From Clostridia bacterium (GTDB taxonomy: Bacteria; Bacillota; Clostridia; Christensenellales; DTU072): a stretch of DNA of 64,000 nucleotides. Position numbers and translations under genes: made by a program. Positions within the stretch are counted from its first letter, which is position 1. Every line of letters starts with the position of its first letter. This document shows, one piece after another, positions 1-9,209 of this stretch. The stretch lies in the NCBI GenBank assembly GCA_024685275.1, contig JAIKVY010000246.1, positions 10-64,009 on the forward strand, given 5' to 3'. The notes under the pieces were generated by a model. The model saw nothing but the letters and a program-made list of their open reading frames with translations, made no database searches and was not told the DNA's origin.

Positions 1-3000
1 TCAATTTTAATGGAAAAATATAAACGTAAAATGGTTATAGATGCATTATACGACACATATTATCTTGGACAAACAAAAGAATCGGCAAGAGAAACATATA
101 AGGCAAAGATAGAAGAATGTAAAAACTTAGCAAAAGCGGAGGTTATAACTCCAGTAGCATTATGCATGCTAAATGAAATGGAAAGTAGATTAGCTGGAAG
201 TTCTACTCCATATAGCAATTATATACCACGTTTACTAAAGGAAGATGATAGCTATAACTTAACAAATTACAATATCAATGATTCAATAGAAGCAAGAATA
301 TTTGCTAAATACATGAAATATGTTAAAAACGGAAACGATGCAAGAAGCGAATATATTAATGAAAAGATTCAACAATTAATAGAAGAACAAATTACAAATT
401 ATTATGGCGATATTATTGAAAAACTTAATGCTGAGGGGGGAAATGTTAATTCAGCATATGAATCAGCTGACTTTATTAAAGCAGGAATATATCTTGCTAA
501 ATTAAACAAAACGAATATTGTTGTTTCAATTGATGATTACATTGGTAATTTTGGCAGCATAAATGATAAAACTGGATATAACACAGCAAGAGCAAATATC
601 ATTGCTCAAACATTAATGGAAGAAGCTAATTTGGCTGGTGGACACTTAACAGAGAATGAAATACAAGATATTGTTAATAAATATTTAAATAACTATGCAA
701 TGAGAGCTTTGGTATATTTCTATGATAATCTAGCTACAAGTGAAGAAAAAACGATAATAGAAATAATTATTGAAAAAGAAGCAAAGAAGAATTTAAGTAC
801 AGATAGATATCCAATAGAAACAGAAATTATTAAGCAAATTAAATCATTTGAAAATATAAGCATAAAGAACATCTTTAATGCGATAAAACAAAGAGCTGAT
901 TTCAATAATATGGAAGCAATAGAAATAAGTTATAACTATATTTTCTTAACTTCAGCTATGGATGATATTTATTATGAAATAGAAAATGAATCTGGAAGCG
1001 CAAATTGGTATATTAATAATACAGGATTATATACAAAATACAGAGCAATGATATTAGATTTACTAAAAGCTGCTACTCAAAAAGATTCGATAGATGAAAG
1101 CGAAGGAATCTTATTTAATAATGAAAACCAAGAATTGGGTGAATATATAGATAAACTTGTAGAAATAATTGTTTCTGCTTACTACAAAGATAGAGTTGTT
1201 AATGTTAATAACGGGTTATATTCAAAAACTGAAGCTGAAAAAACAGAATTATTACCAAGCATCAAAAAACAAGTAGTAAAAATGTTGTTAAATGATGAAA
1301 ACTATTCTGAAGTATTCAAATCAATAGCAATGAAGCTAATAGATAAATTGATTGATCAAAATAATACTGAAGAAGCTTTTTATGAAGTTGTATATAACAA
1401 TATTAGAGATATTCTTGTAGAGGAAAGAACAGAACAATTTAAAGAAACAATACTAAGAAGTATTGAAGAAATGATTTTAAATGATGTATTTAATACTGTT
1501 TCATTATTCAAAACAACAGTTGAAGAATATAAATCAAAGATGTATTCAATATTAACAAATGGTGAAATATATTATGAAAGAGATTTTGATTCATTAATTA
1601 ATAAATTTATCACTGAATATAATAGAGATAATATAGATGGTTCTATATATGAAAGCATTAAGAATAAAATAAGAACAAACGATGATAAGAATTGGTGGGA
1701 TGGTCAAGAAATCTGGTGGGGCAAACAAGGCAGTAGCTTCCTTGATGATGCTGAAAAAGAAGTTATCAACCAGTTATATTTACAATGCTACTATAATACC
1801 AATGATGAAATTATAGCGAAAATAAATCACATCTTAGCAATAGCAAGAATACTTGAAGAAAGAGATAAATTCTTCGAAAACGGATTAGAAAAAGATTTAG
1901 TAGGAAATGAATTAAAATCTAATGCAAGTTTCATTAAAGAAATAGTTGATGGCAATATTTTAGGTTCAGAAACACTTTTAAGGGCTCACTTAAAAGGATT
2001 AAAGACACAAAAAGCTAAAGAGTATATTGAAGATTTACAAAATCCAAATAATATAATCATATTTGTTAATCGTTTAAACACATATGAAGAATACTTGGAT
2101 GGAATGTTTACAGTTTTAATAACGAATGATGCAATAGATCTAAATGCTGAAACAGGTATTGAAACAAAAGAATATTTGGTTAACACATATGACAATATAT
2201 TAAATAATTTGAAATATACTTCTTGTAGTTTAAGCAAAGAAGAAGCACAAGTAGATAGTGGATTAATAAACAAATATGAAATGATTAAAACATATTACAA
2301 TAATATTTATCAAACAATTATTGGATATGGTGAAATAATTAAAGTGGAAACACTTATGTGGGTTCCATTGAGATGGTATTATTTAGAAGCTGATAAGAAA
2401 TATAAAGCTGCCATAGAAAAAATGGGAGATAGCGAAATATCTGTTAAAGTAACATTCTATTCAGAAGATAATATAGAAGCAGATAGCGAAGAATCTAGAC
2501 ACATATTAATGTTTGATAGAACAACATGGCAAGAATATATTGAGGCTGAGAATAACTCAATTCCAGCAACATTAAATAATGAGAATATTTATTTAAGCAA
2601 CAAAGAAAAATCAGAAATAATTGAAAGAGAAAATGGGACAAAAGAATATACTAATGCATTCAATATGGATGAAGTCAAATTCGCATTAATAGACATAAAT
2701 GATATTAAGTTAAAATTTGAAGGCGAAGATTCACTTAATCACATAACAATAGATGCATTAAATCCAGTTTTACCAAGTGAAGCGACTGGATATGGTAAGG
2801 CTGTTGGATCTGTTGGAATTGGAGAAGAAAATTATAGTTATTTATTAGGAAAAGTTAAGATTACAGAATACAGTGAAGCCTTCTATGAATTAATTTATAA
2901 GAGTTATGAAATAAATACAGTAGAAGAAATGCAAGCATATTCAGTAAGATGTAGAACATATACTGGAGAAATAATTGAAGTTACATTATCAGTAACATAC

Positions 3001-6000
3001 TTGCCTAGAGAAATAGATTCTCTATATACAAACGAAGATTATTATTCTACCAATGCTGAAGAATTAGGCGGAACTATTGTAACTGGAATGTATTCATTAA
3101 ATGATGGGAATAAGAATGTTGTGTATATCGATCCATTAGTTAAGGATACCCATAATGATGTTTCATTCCTTTTACCAACAGAAATTGGTGTAAGATTAAG
3201 CGATGAAAATGAAACAGAATTTTTATTCAAAGATGTAAAATGGTCAGTACAACCTACCTATACACTTGCAGGTACTAGTGGACAATATGTAAAGATAAAT
3301 ATTACATCATATACATACTATGACAGCGCTACATTAACAAATAGAAAAGTTGATATTAACTATTCAACCAAAGTTGTAACGATAACTAATAAAAAGCTTG
3401 GAGAAGAAACAGTAAAGATCTTTAAACTAAGCGATAGCGATAAATATATGTTATCTTGGAACACGTATATTTATATAGAAGATAGAACAGCAAACAAGGT
3501 ATATTATAACAATGAAAATAACTTAAAAGTGTTATTAGGTGAATTAGATTCAACAACAAAGAAGATAGATGCAACAGGATCAAGCATTAGAGTTAATCCA
3601 TATTCACCAGAATATCCAACAGAATTGACAATCGAATTTAATGGAAATGAAGATGTACCAAAAGATGATATGGTAAGTGGAGCAACTTTCACTTTAGTTA
3701 ATAGCAATTCTTTAATTACAATTAATCAACAACCATATTTACAAGGAGATGTAAATAGAGAACTTAATTTTGATGCTGTATTTAAGTATAGTGGATTTAG
3801 CATTATAGTAACATTTAAAGCTATGGATATAAAGATTCCTGATGTAGAAGAAGTTGATAATGGAGATGGAACTACAAGTAAACAATATATTCAGGGTGGA
3901 ACATTGTATTTAATAGCTAACCAAGATTCAGCAAATAATCAAGTTAGAGATTTCTATAACCATGTTTACTACAACTTTGGAACAGAAGAAGAACCGAATT
4001 GGCAAAAAGTACCACTTCACTTTGAAACATCAACATTGAACCAAATATCAACAGCAAATCCTAATACGTATGAAAATGTTAAAGCAACGATTGGTGCAAG
4101 TCAATCTGGTGTTCTCTCTCAAAACATCGAATTTACAATAAAAGTAGTTAACGTTGATGCGTTAGCAACTATGGAATCCGATGAAACAGGATTTAATAAG
4201 TATGTAGAATATACGTATTTGAGTGTTCCTGTCGATTCAAAGAATAATTTGAGAATAATAAATGGAGCACCAAATTATATTGGAAAGAATTTCTTTGCAT
4301 ATGATCAAAATGATGGCTCATTAATTGAATATTTTGTAGGAACATATGATTCTACAGAATCTATTGCAACCACAACAGCCAAATTTAATTTTGTTGATAA
4401 GACGGTAATGTTGCCAATTAGTTACAAAAATAATAAAAATATCTCAAATAAGATCGCATTTAATTCAGATGGAGACAAAGATGTAGTTATCCAATACATA
4501 ATGAAAATGAATAGTTATGTATATGAAAATGTTAAATCAGTAGAATTAAATTCGGATTCAACAGGTAAGAAATGGAAATGGACAAGTGTTAACAAGGAAA
4601 GCGAGAATTATGTAGATGCTTTATTCTGGCCACTTGGTGTAAGTATGAATACAGATGATTTACCAACTTTAATTAATACAGATACAGGCGAAGAAATCAA
4701 GGTATATTGGGATTTATCAGAGTTAAATGTAAATAAAGCCAACACACAATATACATATGTTGATGGTGAAACAAAACTCGAAGGCGGAAAAGAAATAACT
4801 GGTTGGTATATAGGAAATAACAATATTTGGAATTCTATACCATTAATCGTATATATTGATAAAGTTGATATTCATGAGCAAATATTAGCAAAAATATCAG
4901 CAGAATTAGATAAAACAAGTATATTAAGTGGAGAATACTCAAAAGAATATGATGGTCAGTTTGTAAAAATAGAAATAGATCTAAATGAATTTAGTGTAAT
5001 AAGAGAAAACGGAAAAATTGAACCATTAGAAGGTAATGATTTTACTATTACATACTATGAAGTATTAAATGAATCAGAATATATAGAAATAGATGGCTAT
5101 CCAATTAATGCTGGAACATATTTTGTTAGAATCAATATTAATGATTACAACATAGAATGTGTAAACGATAATAGATATGATAGTTTAATAATGATATATA
5201 TTGATAAAACAACAATAGACTTATCAACATTTAAGTTTGAGGGAGAAGAAGTTGATAGTAATGAAATAGAACTTAAGTATGATGGAAAACAGAAATCTAT
5301 TTCTATTAGTTCTGGAATTCCACTTGTTGCTGTTGATAATTGGTTTGAACCTGGCGAAAAGGAAGAATTATTCAACAAATATAGAAATGTTGCAGGAGCA
5401 ACTGATGAAATAGCAAAGAGCCAAGTATATGATACTATATATTTAAGAGTTAGCGAGATAGCGCAACAAAAACTCACCGATTGGTATGATTTGGTACAAA
5501 GAAGATTAAATACAAATAATGTCATAACAATTAAAGCTGGAGTATATGATGAGTTTATGGTATACAATCTAAAAATTGAAGAAGCTGTATTTAGTATTTC
5601 TTACAAGAAAGATGGTATTCCAACACAAAATCTTTCAGATTGTGGAAGATATAGTGCTGAAGTAGTATTTAAAGAAGGCGAGATTGGAAACGAAAACTAT
5701 GTATTAATTAACACAAAGACAATTAATATTTCTATTGTTAAAAATGAAGAAATAGAATATAGATTTACGAGTGATTTAGTAGTATATAATGGGACATATC
5801 AAAATCCAAGAATAAACGGAATAAATGGAGAAGAAGGTTCTAGTATTCCAAGTGGAGTTATAATTAAATATACATATTCAGCAAGAGATATAGATGAATA
5901 TACTGTAACGTATGATGGAAATTATACATCAACAAAAGTATCAACTAGCGGGGCAATTATTACTGGAATTAAAGATGTTGGAGAGTATTATTACACTGTA

Positions 6001-7302
6001 CAAATAATCGGTGGCAATAACTATATTGACGGAGTATTTAGTGGAACTGTAAGAGTTATTCCTGCAGATATGTATATTGATATCAATAATCAAACTATTG
6101 AATATCTTGATGATGTTCCAACAATTGCAAATCAAATAGTGGTTTATACATCTAGATATCCGGAAGGAGATAGGGATAAATTATTAGAAAATGATAAATT
6201 ATCAAGTTTAGGAACTGTTGTATTTACTGATACTGGTATAAATAAGAACTCACCAGTTGGAACTTATTATATTAAGATATTAGGTTTAAGAGCAGATGGA
6301 CAAAGCGTAGATCAAACATTTACTAAATTTGCTAGTGCTGATAACGATAAATTGAATCCATATGCAAATAAGAATTCAAGAAAAATAGAAATAAAAGCAG
6401 GTTCAGAACCAGGAAGTATTGCTCTTGATGATAGAGAAGAATATAAGAATATTATAGCTTTATTTAATAACTATAATGTATATGTTTCATTTATTAAGAG
6501 TGATGGTGAAGATAATGAAAGCGCTGCTAGATACACTATTACAACAAAGAGTGCAATAGAAGGACAAGAAAAGGTATATGCTGTTGATTCTAATGAAGAA
6601 TTAATAGATGTTTTAGCAAGAATAAATAGCAATTTAGATCAAGAACCTGAAGTTTCTATTTATTTAACACCTCTTGATAATGGATTATCATATAATGATA
6701 TAACTATTAACACAAATAAGAGAGTAAATATTATCGGTTATTATGATGTGATTGATAGTAGTAAGATAGCAACAAAGGTTAATTCATTGAATATTATTAA
6801 GTGCGATATGATTAACTTAAATATCTTATCAATTAATATTACTACTTCAAATAAAACAGCTATAAGTGTAGGAAAGATGGTTGGCAATATTGTTATTGAA
6901 AGATGTAACATAACATCAACAACATTAACATCTACATTTGGAATTTATACAGAAGATTATTATTCAGGCACAATGACTGTAAAACAATCAACAATATCTA
7001 ACTTCGATACGGCAATAAGAATCCATAAAGGATTCCTTGAAGTAAAGAATTGTTCGTTCTATAGAAATATAACAGATATTAAAGCAGAAGATACGACAAC
7101 GAATTTAATAGTAACAAATAACTTGTTTAATGGTTCACAAACAGCAATTAATTCAGGTATATATACCAACATTTCAATTAAAGAAAATACATTTGAGTAT
7201 CTCTATATTGGAATACAAATTGAATTAACAATTAATAATGATATTTACTTACAAAACACATATACAGAAGTAAACATACCAGTAAAAATCTCCGCTGATT
7301 AA
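1..7302 (+). CDS. C-terminal >=2,430 aa of a giant secreted/surface protein; the 5' end probably lies outside the window
   Basis: The frame is open from nt 1 (TCA ATT TTA precede the first ATG at 10, with no stop) to TAA at 7300-7302. There is no RBS and no signal peptide at that Met. The composition is N/I/Y/E/K-rich. nt ~1-2330 is Gly/Pro-poor and looks helical. nt ~2330-6400 is beta-rich (T/Y/G/N/V) and carries Big_4-like signatures: FLLPTEIGVRLSDENETEFLFKDVKWSV (nt 3165-3249) and LPTLINTDTGEEIKVYWDLS (nt 4660-4719). Every other-frame ORF inside it is <=140 aa. Confidence 0.85.
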   Translation, partial: SILMEKYKRKMVIDALYDTYYLGQTKESARETYKAKIEECKNLAKAEVITPVALCMLNEMESRLAGSSTPYSNYIPRLLKEDDSYNLTNYNINDSIEARIFAKYMKYVKNGNDARSEYINEKIQQLIEEQITNYYGDIIEKLNAEGGNVNSAYESADFIKAGIYLAKLNKTNIVVSIDDYIGNFGSINDKTGYNTARANIIAQTLMEEANLAGGHLTENEIQDIVNKYLNNYAMRALVYFYDNLATSEEKTIIEIIIEKEAKKNLSTDRYPIETEIIKQIKSFENISIKNIFNAIKQRADFNNMEAIEISYNYIFLTSAMDDIYYEIENESGSANWYINNTGLYTKYRAMILDLLKAATQKDSIDESEGILFNNENQELGEYIDKLVEIIVSAYYKDRVVNVNNGLYSKTEAEKTELLPSIKKQVVKMLLNDENYSEVFKSIAMKLIDKLIDQNNTEEAFYEVVYNNIRDILVEERTEQFKETILRSIEEMILNDVFNTVSLFKTTVEEYKSKMYSILTNGEIYYERDFDSLINKFITEYNRDNIDGSIYESIKNKIRTNDDKNWWDGQEIWWGKQGSSFLDDAEKEVINQLYLQCYYNTNDEIIAKINHILAIARILEERDKFFENGLEKDLVGNELKSNASFIKEIVDGNILGSETLLRAHLKGLKTQKAKEYIEDLQNPNNIIIFVNRLNTYEEYLDGMFTVLITNDAIDLNAETGIETKEYLVNTYDNILNNLKYTSCSLSKEEAQVDSGLINKYEMIKTYYNNIYQTIIGYGEIIKVETLMWVPLRWYYLEADKKYKAAIEKMGDSEISVKVTFYSEDNIEADSEESRHILMFDRTTWQEYIEAENNSIPATLNNENIYLSNKEKSEIIERENGTKEYTNAFNMDEVKFALIDINDIKLKFEGEDSLNHITIDALNPVLPSEATGYGKAVGSVGIGEENYSYLLGKVKITEYSEAFYELIYKSYEINTVEEMQAYSVRCRTYTGEIIEVTLSVTYLPREIDSLYTNEDYYSTNAEELGGTIVTGMYSLNDGNKNVVYIDPLVKDTHNDVSFLLPTEIGVRLSDENETEFLFKDVKWSVQPTYTLAGTSGQYVKINITSYTYYDSATLTNRKVDINYSTKVVTITNKKLGEETVKIFKLSDSDKYMLSWNTYIYIEDRTANKVYYNNENNLKVLLGELDSTTKKIDATGSSIRVNPYSPEYPTELTIEFNGNEDVPKDDMVSGATFTLVNSNSLITINQQPYLQGDVNRELNFDAVFKYSGFSIIVTFKAMDIKIPDVEEVDNGDGTTSKQYIQGGTLYLIANQDSANNQVRDFYNHVYYNFGTEEEPNWQKVPLHFETSTLNQISTANPNTYENVKATIGASQSGVLSQNIEFTIKVVNVDALATMESDETGFNKYVEYTYLSVPVDSKNNLRIINGAPNYIGKNFFAYDQNDGSLIEYFVGTYDSTESIATTTAKFNFVDKTVMLPISYKNNKNISNKIAFNSDGDKDVVIQYIMKMNSYVYENVKSVELNSDSTGKKWKWTSVNKESENYVDALFWPLGVSMNTDDLPTLINTDTGEEIKVYWDLSELNVNKANTQYTYVDGETKLEGGKEITGWYIGNNNIWNSIPLIVYIDKVDIHEQILAKISAELDKTSILSGEYSKEYDGQFVKIEIDLNEFSVIRENGKIEPLEGNDFTITYYEVLNESEYIEIDGYPINAGTYFVRININDYNIECVNDNRYDSLIMIYIDKTTIDLSTFKFEGEEVDSNEIELKYDGKQKSISISSGIPLVAVDNWFEPGEKEELFNKYRNVAGATDEIAKSQVYDTIYLRVSEIAQQKLTDWYDLVQRRLNTNNVITIKAGVYDEFMVYNLKIEEAVFSISYKKDGIPTQNLSDCGRYSAEVVFKEGEIGNENYVLINTKTINISIVKNEEIEYRFTSDLVVYNGTYQNPRINGINGEEGSSIPSGVIIKYTYSARDIDEYTVTYDGNYTSTKVSTSGAIITGIKDVGEYYYTVQIIGGNNYIDGVFSGTVRVIPADMYIDINNQTIEYLDDVPTIANQIVVYTSRYPEGDRDKLLENDKLSSLGTVVFTDTGINKNSPVGTYYIKILGLRADGQSVDQTFTKFASADNDKLNPYANKNSRKIEIKAGSEPGSIALDDREEYKNIIALFNNYNVYVSFIKSDGEDNESAARYTITTKSAIEGQEKVYAVDSNEELIDVLARINSNLDQEPEVSIYLTPLDNGLSYNDITINTNKRVNIIGYYDVIDSSKIATKVNSLNIIKCDMINLNILSINITTSNKTAISVGKMVGNIVIERCNITSTTLTSTFGIYTEDYYSGTMTVKQSTISNFDTAIRIHKGFLEVKNCSFYRNITDIKAEDTTTNLIVTNNLFNGSQTAINSGIYTNISIKENTFEYLYIGIQIELTINNDIYLQNTYTEVNIPVKISAD
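4926..6330 (+). repeat. Tandem MBG-like (YDG ... G.Y ... NY) beta-sandwich repeats within the partial giant protein
   Basis: These motifs recur at ~90-110 aa spacing: KEYDGQFVKIEI / INAGTYFVRININDYN; LKYDGKQKSISI / DCGRYSAEVVFKEGEIGNENYVL; VVYNGTYQNPRI / DVGEYYYTVQIIGGNNYIDG; PVGTYYIKILGL. The pattern resembles MBG (YGX-type) domains of large Gram-positive adhesins. The assignment is by eye only. Confidence 0.45.
6700..7260 (+). repeat. Right-handed parallel beta-helix (PbH1/pectate-lyase-like) repeats at the C-terminus of the partial giant protein
   Basis: There are ~22-25-aa coils with the N/I/T pattern typical of PbH1 repeats: NIVIERCNITSTTLTSTFGIYTED, MTVKQSTISNFDTAIRIHKG, LEVKNCSFYRNITDIKAED, LIVTNNLFNGSQTAINSG, ISIKENTFEYLYIGIQIE. 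Confidence 0.6.
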
Positions 7303-7419
7303 AAATAAACTATTATTTGTGTCAGACAAGATTGGTTTATAAAGGTAATAAGCGTATAACGAAGTAAAAATAAAAGAGAGACTCAATTTTAAGCAGGTAT
7401 ATTTTAGAGGTAAAAAACA

Positions 7420-7450
7420 AGGACTTGGAGTAATTTCCAGGTCCTTTATT
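7420..7450 (+). terminator. Rho-independent terminator candidate downstream of the partial giant gene
   Basis: AGGACTTGGA-gtaatt-TCCAGGTCCT forms a 10-bp stem with one G:U pair, followed by TTATT. Confidence 0.6.
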
Positions 7451-7475
7451 CATAATTAAATTACAACAAATGTAT

Positions 7476-7896
7476 TTATTTTGCGGTTAAAAAATCAAAT
7501 AATCCATCCAAGAGAACTTGAAGTTTTTGTACGCTTTCTTCAGCAATTTGTTCGATTTGCTTTTCGGTAAAATCATCAGACTCCATGCATAATAGCTAAG
7601 TTTAATCCTTTGTATTCAGCAAACACCAAATTGCTTGCGTGCGTTGGGGCAGTGGAAACAGGAAAGCCTTTTAGCTTTTACATTAAATCCGTTCACGTAA
7701 TCACCTAAGCCTGTACCAAGCACAACGATTACCTCTGGTTTGAAATCAGTAATTTTTTCAATCTGTTCTTTACAAGAAACAAGACGTTGCTCGTATGTTT
7801 GTTCTTGCGCTTCTTTTTTAGTGTCACATCCGTAAAGACAAGCTATCAACATTATTAAAGCGATGAAATACGATAATATGGACAAAACTTTTTCAT
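7476..7896 (-). pseudogene. Decayed purine nucleoside phosphorylase (PunA/PNP family I) remnant carrying a lipoprotein-type signal; it has frameshifts and a large internal deletion
   Basis: Minus-strand reading shows an AAGAGG RBS and ATG at 7896-7894 (MKKF...). A 1-nt frame change in AAAAAGTTTT leads into the track ORF, whose first codon is TTG: SILSYFIALIMLIACLYGC...KPEVIVVLGTGLGDYVNGFNVKAK. This matches the PNP N-terminal P-loop region (cf. B. subtilis PunA PKIGLILGSGLGILADEI). A second frame change gives AFPVSTAPTHASNLVFAEYKGLNLAIMHGV* (cf. PunA [32 protein letters not shown]). About 190 aa of core is missing. A tail ORF, MESDDFTEKQIEQIAEESVQKLQVLLDGLFDFLTAK*, ends at 7476. Confidence 0.7.
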
Positions 7897-7962
7897 ATTA
7901 AACCTCTTTTTTTTGATGGGATATAATAAACACATTATGTTGCCGATAATTTAAGTGATATC

Positions 7963-8499
7963 TTATTCGCTCTTTTTATCTTCTAATAATTTAATAATTT
8001 CTTTTAATAATTCATTAGTTTCATTATTATCAGCAACTGGAGCTGGAGCAGGTTCTTCAACAGCTGGAGCAGTGGTTTCTTCAACAACAGCTTCGGCTGT
8101 CTCTTCTTTTTTATCAGCTTTTAATTTTTCTAAATTTGATTTTGCTTTTTCAGCAGCCTTAGCAGATGCTTTTCTTAAAGAGTTAAATACTTTAACTATA
8201 ATGAATAAAACGAGAGCTGTTAATAAGAATGTGATAATAGCAGAAATAACAGCACCAAAGTCTAAAATAACAGCAGGTTTAAGAATTTCACCAGCTTCAT
8301 TAAATACAGGTTCTTTTAAAAGAACTTGTAATGCGCTACCATCAGTTCCTGGAATCATATTAAGAAGTGGGGTTAAAATTCCACTTACAACAGCGGTAAT
8401 TATTGCAGTAAATGCTGCACCTATAATCATACCAACTGCAAGATCCATTACATTACCTTTAGAGATAAAATCTTTAAATTCTTTAAATAATTTTTTCAT
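7963..8499 (-). CDS. mscL: Large-conductance mechanosensitive channel MscL (178 aa) with a long acidic/Pro-Ala-rich C-terminal tail
   Basis: MKKLFKEFKDFISKGNVMDLAVGMIIGAAFTAII is the canonical MscL N-terminus/TM1. A GGAGGA RBS lies 7 nt upstream of the ATG at 8499, so the track start at 8514 is an upstream in-frame extension. The tail reads ...EETAEAVVEETTAPAVEEPAPAPVADNNE... Confidence 0.9.
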   Translation of the reverse strand: MKKLFKEFKDFISKGNVMDLAVGMIIGAAFTAIITAVVSGILTPLLNMIPGTDGSALQVLLKEPVFNEAGEILKPAVILDFGAVISAIITFLLTALVLFIIVKVFNSLRKASAKAAEKAKSNLEKLKADKKEETAEAVVEETTAPAVEEPAPAPVADNNETNELLKEIIKLLEDKKSE

Positions 8500-8554
8500 G
8501 TCTAAATCCTCCAATTTTAGTTATATTTATTACAAAAAAACCTTAATATTGGTT

Positions 8555-9193
8555 TTATTTGTTTACCTTTTCATCAAAATAAGTTGCTTCCATATCTGAA
8601 ATATGGAATAAAACAGCAAGAGGGTATTTTTCAAACGCTAAGCTAAGAGAATTATCTCCACCTAAAACACGTCTATCAAATCCACCCATATGCCAGTTAA
8701 TACAAATTGCTTCCATATAATCTAAGTGAATATATTGATTTAGCAAGAAGACAGATTTTTCACCATGCCCAAAAGGAAATTTTTCATCTATAGCATAGTA
8801 TTCTTTTTTCTCCCATTTGCCAGTTTCTTCATTTTTGTAATTTCTTAAATCAAGTTTATAGTAATTAGCTTTACATATATCATGGAAAAGAGAAATAATA
8901 GCTCTAGATTCATCGTTTAACTCTACATTGAACTTTTCTTTAAGTTCCTTTTTTTCATTTTCATAGTTCTTTTCAAATCTATGATATACATTTAAACTAT
9001 GTTCACATAAGCCACCTTTATAATTCCCGTGATATTTTGTTGATGCAGGAGCCTTGAAAAAATCGCTAGTTCCATCAAGCCATTCATCCACAAATTTAGA
9101 AATACCATCTCTTTTAATTTTGCTATCTACGATATGTAGAAATTCTCTACGGTTATTAGCAATTTCATCTTCAGTTAGTTGAATATTTGACAT
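8555..9193 (-). CDS. HD-domain metal-dependent phosphohydrolase (YhaM-type HD fold without an OB domain)
   Basis: Motifs present: STKYHGNYKGGLCEHSLNV, LFHDICK and GHGEKS. An AAGGA RBS precedes the ATG. Confidence 0.7.
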   Translation of the reverse strand: MSNIQLTEDEIANNRREFLHIVDSKIKRDGISKFVDEWLDGTSDFFKAPASTKYHGNYKGGLCEHSLNVYHRFEKNYENEKKELKEKFNVELNDESRAIISLFHDICKANYYKLDLRNYKNEETGKWEKKEYYAIDEKFPFGHGEKSVFLLNQYIHLDYMEAICINWHMGGFDRRVLGGDNSLSLAFEKYPLAVLFHISDMEATYFDEKVNK

Positions 9194-9209
9194 AAAATGA
9201 TCCTTTTAA

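Noticed and set aside
435-440. A G6 homopolymer inside the partial giant gene as a slipped-strand phase-variation switch.
   Set aside because: It stands out in such AT-rich DNA, but six bases is shorter than tracts that usually phase-vary (>=7-8). It is in frame as it stands, and there is no population data.
720-6135. Seven minus-strand ORFs of 61-140 aa inside the partial giant gene (720-905, 1986-2273, 3042-3230, 3504-3707, 4608-4823, 5145-5567, 5941-6135).
   Set aside because: They are antisense shadows of a long, clearly coding + frame. Their translations are low-complexity S/F/L/I-rich, they have no RBSs, and none is longer than chance allows in a codon-biased AT-rich gene.
7616-7885. 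The 89-aa track ORF as an intact small lipoprotein gene.
   Set aside because: Its first codon is TTG. The proper ATG+RBS lies in another frame at 7896. Its C-terminus (RLSCFHCPNARKQFGVC) is out-of-frame PNP sequence. It is better explained as part of a pseudogene.
7955-8599. A 214-aa + strand ORF overlapping mscL.
   Set aside because: It is the mirror image of the bona fide mscL gene. Its product is S/A/I-rich low-complexity sequence with no RBS. MscL on the minus strand has canonical motifs and a GGAGGA RBS.
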